Shown here in pieces: positions 7,935 to 11,177 of a stretch of DNA of 11,177 nucleotides. The notes beneath the pieces are model-generated. The model saw only the letters and a list, made by a program, of their open reading frames with translations, did not search any database and was not told the DNA's origin. The DNA is taken from contig NW_021827065.1 in the NCBI RefSeq assembly GCF_006345805.1, forward strand, positions 1 through 11,177, read 5' to 3'. Each line of letters begins with the position of its first letter. The stretch's first letter is position 1. Source of the stretch: Octopus sinensis. Lineage: Eukaryota. The position numbers were made by a program, and so were the translations under genes.

Positions 7935-8846
7935 GTGTTTCACCCTTTGGTCTTGATTGTTGCGTTCAAATTATTTAATGAAAGATAGTCATTGTTATTT
8001 GACCAGGAAATGAATTAATCATTAGTATTTGGCAGTGGATTGGTTATATCTTTCTTCGTTTGCTCGTGGAACTACCATAATATTAGCTGTGCTGAGACAC
8101 AATCATATTCATAGTAATGAAGGCTATATGTTCTTTACTCAGATTATATACAATCTATATTGATATCTAGTATTGCACCGTCAAGCACAGTGCCATTGTA
8201 TCACATATATACCCAATTATCATGATAATTAATAAGCTATAATTCATTAACTCTCTTACATTTGTATGTATGAAATGTAAATTTATTTTGTCATAGGGAC
8301 ATCGTGTAACCTCACCTAACATCTTATATCTTGTTAGGGATCATGTTGTGGAGATGATTTTTAGGGGACAGATTGTGTGTGGGGATGGAGCGTATGCACA
8401 TAAAGACATCTTTATGACCTCAGTTTTACTTAATTAGAGAAGAATGTTGATTAGTGAATTCTAGAGATGAGAGGACTGTGCCATGCCATAGATTTGGCAC
8501 AGTTATAAGAAAAGAAAGACAAAGCTAAGAGGAAACTCTTATCAAGTGTTAATTAAATGAGATAATTGGTACATTGTTAGAATATTTAATGTGTTCTTAG
8601 AGAGAGAGAGAGAGAGAGAGGGAGAAGGTGGATATAAGAATGTTAGTCTGTTTTATTGTGGACATATTGGGCTATTACATGGGACCACTGTAGAAAGTAC
8701 ATAAATATTGACCAAAACCATAATGGTCAACATTTGACCATTAACGACAGAAATTGAATGTCTCACAATAACAAGATAGAGTTTAATAAAAATAAAGATA
8801 AAGAAAGTTTCTTTTTAAATGTAAAACTTGGAAATATTTATTTCAG

Positions 8847-8924
8847 GGGCTCCTAAGTGTGAGGACAGGTGTGTACAAAGAGAGGCTACATGTCAGGAAT
8901 TAGGGGCTGCATCTCAGGCAATAG
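8847..8924 (+). CDS. Candidate 78-nt exon, unit 5 copy, (G)APKCEDRCVQREATCQELGAASQAI
   Basis: Same splice sites and open frame. Confidence 0.48.
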
Positions 8925-9175
8925 GTGAGTATAAAATAATAGTTCCCAATTGATTTCTGTAAGGTTTTCTTCCCCCGAGTATATTGTGCTTGAAAGAATA
9001 ACTGAAAACCGCTTCCATTCCTATTTTCCAATTGAACGATTATCTGTATAAAAATTGAATTAAAGATATCGATTTACTGTGAGTTTATGAAATACCCATT
9101 GAGGTTAATGCTGTTGGTAATAATGTTCAAATTAGAAGACACAATAGAGTTAATTTTGTCATTTGGTCACAGAAC

Positions 9176-9176
<1 letters not shown>

Positions 9177-9209
<33 letters not shown>

Positions 9210-9516
9210 TTAACATCCGTTTCTTATGGCGGCATGGGTCGGACGATTTCACTGGCAAGGCAGTAGGCTGCGCCAGGCTGCAATGTGATCTGGCAAGGTT
9301 TCCACATATGTATGCCATTCCTAACGCCAATCACTCCGAGAGTGTGGTGGGTGCTTTTTACGTGCCACCGGCACAGGGAACTAGTCAGACGGCAGTGACA
9401 AGTACCTAGGCTTCTATGGTACTTATAACGTGACACAGGAACAGTTGCCAGTCAGGCGGCACTGGCATCGGTCACAACTACAATTTCCATTTTGATTTCG
9501 ATCTTAATTTGATTTT
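9177..9516 (-). mobile_element. RTE LINE 3' UTR and tail remnant, unit 5
   Basis: Tail at 9177-9209 and a UTR homologous to units 2 and 4 with one subrepeat missing. It is cut at 9516. Confidence 0.85.
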
Positions 9517-9758
9517 GAGAGAGAGAGAGAGAGAAGTGAGGGTGGATTTAGAAATGTTAGTCTGTTTTATTGTGGTCATATTGGGCTATTACATGGGACC
9601 CCTGTAGAAAGTACAGAAATATTGACCAAAACCATAATGGTCAACATTTGACCATTAACGACAGGAATTGAATGTCTCACAATAACAAGATAGAGTTTAA
9701 TAAAAATAAGATAAAGAAAGTTTATTTTTAAATGTAAAACTTGGAAATATTTATTCAG

Positions 9759-9833
9759 GTCTCCAAAGTGTGAGACAGGTGGTACAAACAGAGGCTACAT
9801 GTCAGGAATTAGGGGCTACATCTCAGGCAATTG
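9759..9833 (+). pseudogene. 75-nt copy of the candidate exon with three 1-nt gaps (or sequencing errors)
   Basis: Splice sites are intact. The first third is frame-shifted and loses two Cys; the frame is restored from VQTEATCQELG. Confidence 0.35.
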
Positions 9834-9950
9834 GTGAGTATAAAATAATAGTTCCCAATTGATTTCTGTAAGGTTTTTTCCCCGAGTATATATTTGCTTG
9901 AAAGAATAACTGAAAACTGCTTCCATTTATATTTCCAATTGAACAAAAAT

Positions 9951-10437
9951 ATCATCATCATCATCATCTCATTTAGCGTCCGTTTTCCATGCTAGCATGG
10001 GTTGGACGGTTCAACTGGGGTCTGGGGAGCCGAAGGCTGCACCAGGCCAGTCAGATCTGGCAGTGTTTCTACAGCTGGATGCCCTTCCTAACGCCAACCA
10101 CTCGAGAGTGTAGTGGGTGATTTTATGTGCACCGACAAGGTGCCAGACGAGGGGCGAACGGCCACGCTCGGATGGTGTTTTTATGTGCCACGACACAGGT
10201 GCCAGACGAGGCTGGGACGGCCACGCTCGGATGGTGTTTTTATGTGCCACCGAAACAGGGGCCAGATGAGGCTGGCAGGTGCCAGACGAGGCTGGCAGAC
10301 GGCACGCTCGGATGGTGTTTTTATGTGCCACCGACACAGGTGCCAGATGAGGCTGGCGGACGGCCACGATCGGATGGGTTTGTTACGTCCCCAAAGCCGG
10401 AGGCCAGTCTATCGGTAATGGCTACGGCACGTTCGAT
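9951..10437 (-). mobile_element. Independent insertion of a related LINE 3' end (different subfamily, or a LINE-derived SINE) into block B
   Basis: Block B reads TTCCAATTGAAC(A/G)ATT-ATCTGTATA in other units. Here it is split into TTCCAATTGAACAAAAAT [ATCATCATC...GTTCGATG] ATCTGTATA. The insert has a (GAT)n tail and a 3' terminus homologous to, but clearly diverged from, the resident copies. Confidence 0.85.
10116..10437. repeat. Five 58-81-bp subrepeats in the younger insertion
   Basis: Starts at 10116, 10174, 10233, 10314 and 10376 (lengths 58, 59, 81, 62, ~62). The 81-mer has an internal 20-bp duplication (10261-10280 / 10281-10300), and the last copy is degenerate. Confidence 0.9.
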
Positions 10438-10574
10438 GATCTGTATAAAAATTGAATTAAAGATATCGATTTACTGTGAGTTTATGAAATACCCATTGAG
10501 GTTAATGCTGTTGGTAATAATGTTCAAATTAGAAGACACAATAGAGTAAATTTTGTCATTTGGTCATGGAACTA

Positions 10575-11177
10575 ATCATCATCATCAACATCACAATCGT
10601 TTAACGTCCGTTTTTTATGGTGGCATGGATTGGATGATTTCACTGGCAAGGCAGTAGGCTGCGCCAGGCTCCAAAGTGATCTGGCAGGGTTTCCACATAT
10701 GTTTGCCATTCCTAACGCCAACCACTCCGAGAGTGTGGCGGGTGCTTTTTACGTGCCACCGACACAGGAGCCAGTTGAAGTTGGGGCTGGCATCGACCAC
10801 GTTCGGAAGGTGCTTTTTACGTGCCAACGGCACAGGGAACCAGTCAGGCGGCACTGGCAACAAACAATGTTTGAATGGTACTTATTACGTGCCACCGGCA
10901 CGGGTGCCAGCCAGGCGGCACTGGCATCGGCCATAATTACAATTTGCATTTTGATTTCGATCTTGATTTGATTTGATTGTGATTTCTGGTTTTTGGTTTT
11001 GGTTTTACTTGACTCAGAAATTCTTCTCAAGCGCAACTTATCACTCTGTGATTCAAGGGTACTTTTAAAAAGGGCTGGTTATGTGACACTGGTATATGCT
11101 ACAGCTCTGATCTCACTTCACTTGCCGGGTCCTCTTAATCACATCATATTTCCAGAGGTCCCTGTCTCTTGCCATTA
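10575..11177 (-). mobile_element. RTE LINE remnant, unit 6 (continues beyond the window)
   Basis: Tail at 10575-10598 and a UTR matching unit 1. 11177-11113 translates to MARDRDLWKYDVIKRTRQVK*. Confidence 0.87.

Larger units (their letters stand above)
5565..8082. repeat. Array unit 4 (beta type, complete, 2518 bp)
   Basis: Collinear with unit 2, and retains an 18-nt stretch near 7195-7212 that unit 2 lacks. Confidence 0.92.
8083..9516. repeat. Array unit 5 (beta type, truncated within the LINE 3' UTR)
   Basis: Matches unit 4 up to GATTTCGATCTT..GATTTTGA, then runs straight into a (GA)n tract. Confidence 0.9.
1..11177. repeat. Complex tandem array (macrosatellite / local segmental duplication) of six related 1.0-2.5 kb units
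   Basis: The anchor TTAGCT(G/A)TGCTGAGACACAAT recurs at 1, 2086, 4565, 5565 and 8083. Block order (AT-rich block A, (GA)n, block B, (CAT)n, GC-rich block, block D, block E) is preserved, with high identity by eye. The sixth unit re-enters at the GA tract at 9517. Confidence 0.97.
9517..11177. repeat. Array unit 6 (alpha type, lacks block A, carries an extra insertion, runs off the window)
   Basis: Block B 9535-9950 resumes at 10438 after an insertion. 10600-11177 matches 1150-1720. Confidence 0.9.

Noticed and set aside
10116-10437. CRISPR-like or Xenopus 60/81-bp rDNA enhancer-like array
   Set aside because: There are no unique spacers, cas genes or rRNA sequence. The repeats are homologous to the LINE 3' UTR subrepeats.
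10630-10971. 113-aa ORF and the other track ORFs overlapping the GC-rich block on either strand
   Set aside because: They lie in the LINE 3' UTR, whose 68-bp period is not a multiple of three, and the frames are not conserved among copies.
1-11177. Long dsRNA substrate for A-to-I editing from inverted TE pairs; tRNA, 5S, U1/U2/U6 or spliced-leader genes as the array payload
   Set aside because: All LINE copies are in the same orientation, so no long inverted pair exists in the window. I recognised none of those RNA sequences on either strand by eye; an Infernal/Rfam scan would be needed to exclude divergent ncRNAs.

Overview
This is AT-rich eukaryotic DNA with no intact gene, RNA gene or CRISPR array. 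The whole window is a complex head-to-tail tandem array of six related units: 1-2085, 2086-4564, 4565-5564 (internally deleted), 5565-8082, 8083-9516 (truncated) and 9517->11177. Each complete unit has unique-looking AT-rich DNA, a (GA)n tract and the decayed 3' part of an RTE-clade LINE on the minus strand. The LINE has a (GAT)n tail, a 3' UTR with 68-bp subrepeats, and frameshifted ORF2 remnants (RT-domain MRKLGIDE...GVH*GS...FII; C-terminal LHWYGHV...WPRKT...DL...DRDLWK). From memory the LINE resembles octopus/cephalopod RTE elements; this is unverified. Two unit lineages keep complementary pieces of one old insertion, which is flanked by a long diverged direct repeat that looks like a target-site duplication. 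A second, younger-looking LINE 3' end has inserted into one unit (9951-10437). The non-TE signal most worth following is a GC-rich, splice-site-bounded 78-nt Cys-coding candidate exon in five of the six units, which can be joined in frame to two downstream candidate exons. The ORFs in the supplied track are chance or TE-derived frames. Scattered 1-nt indels suggest long-read consensus errors, so frame-level claims are provisional.
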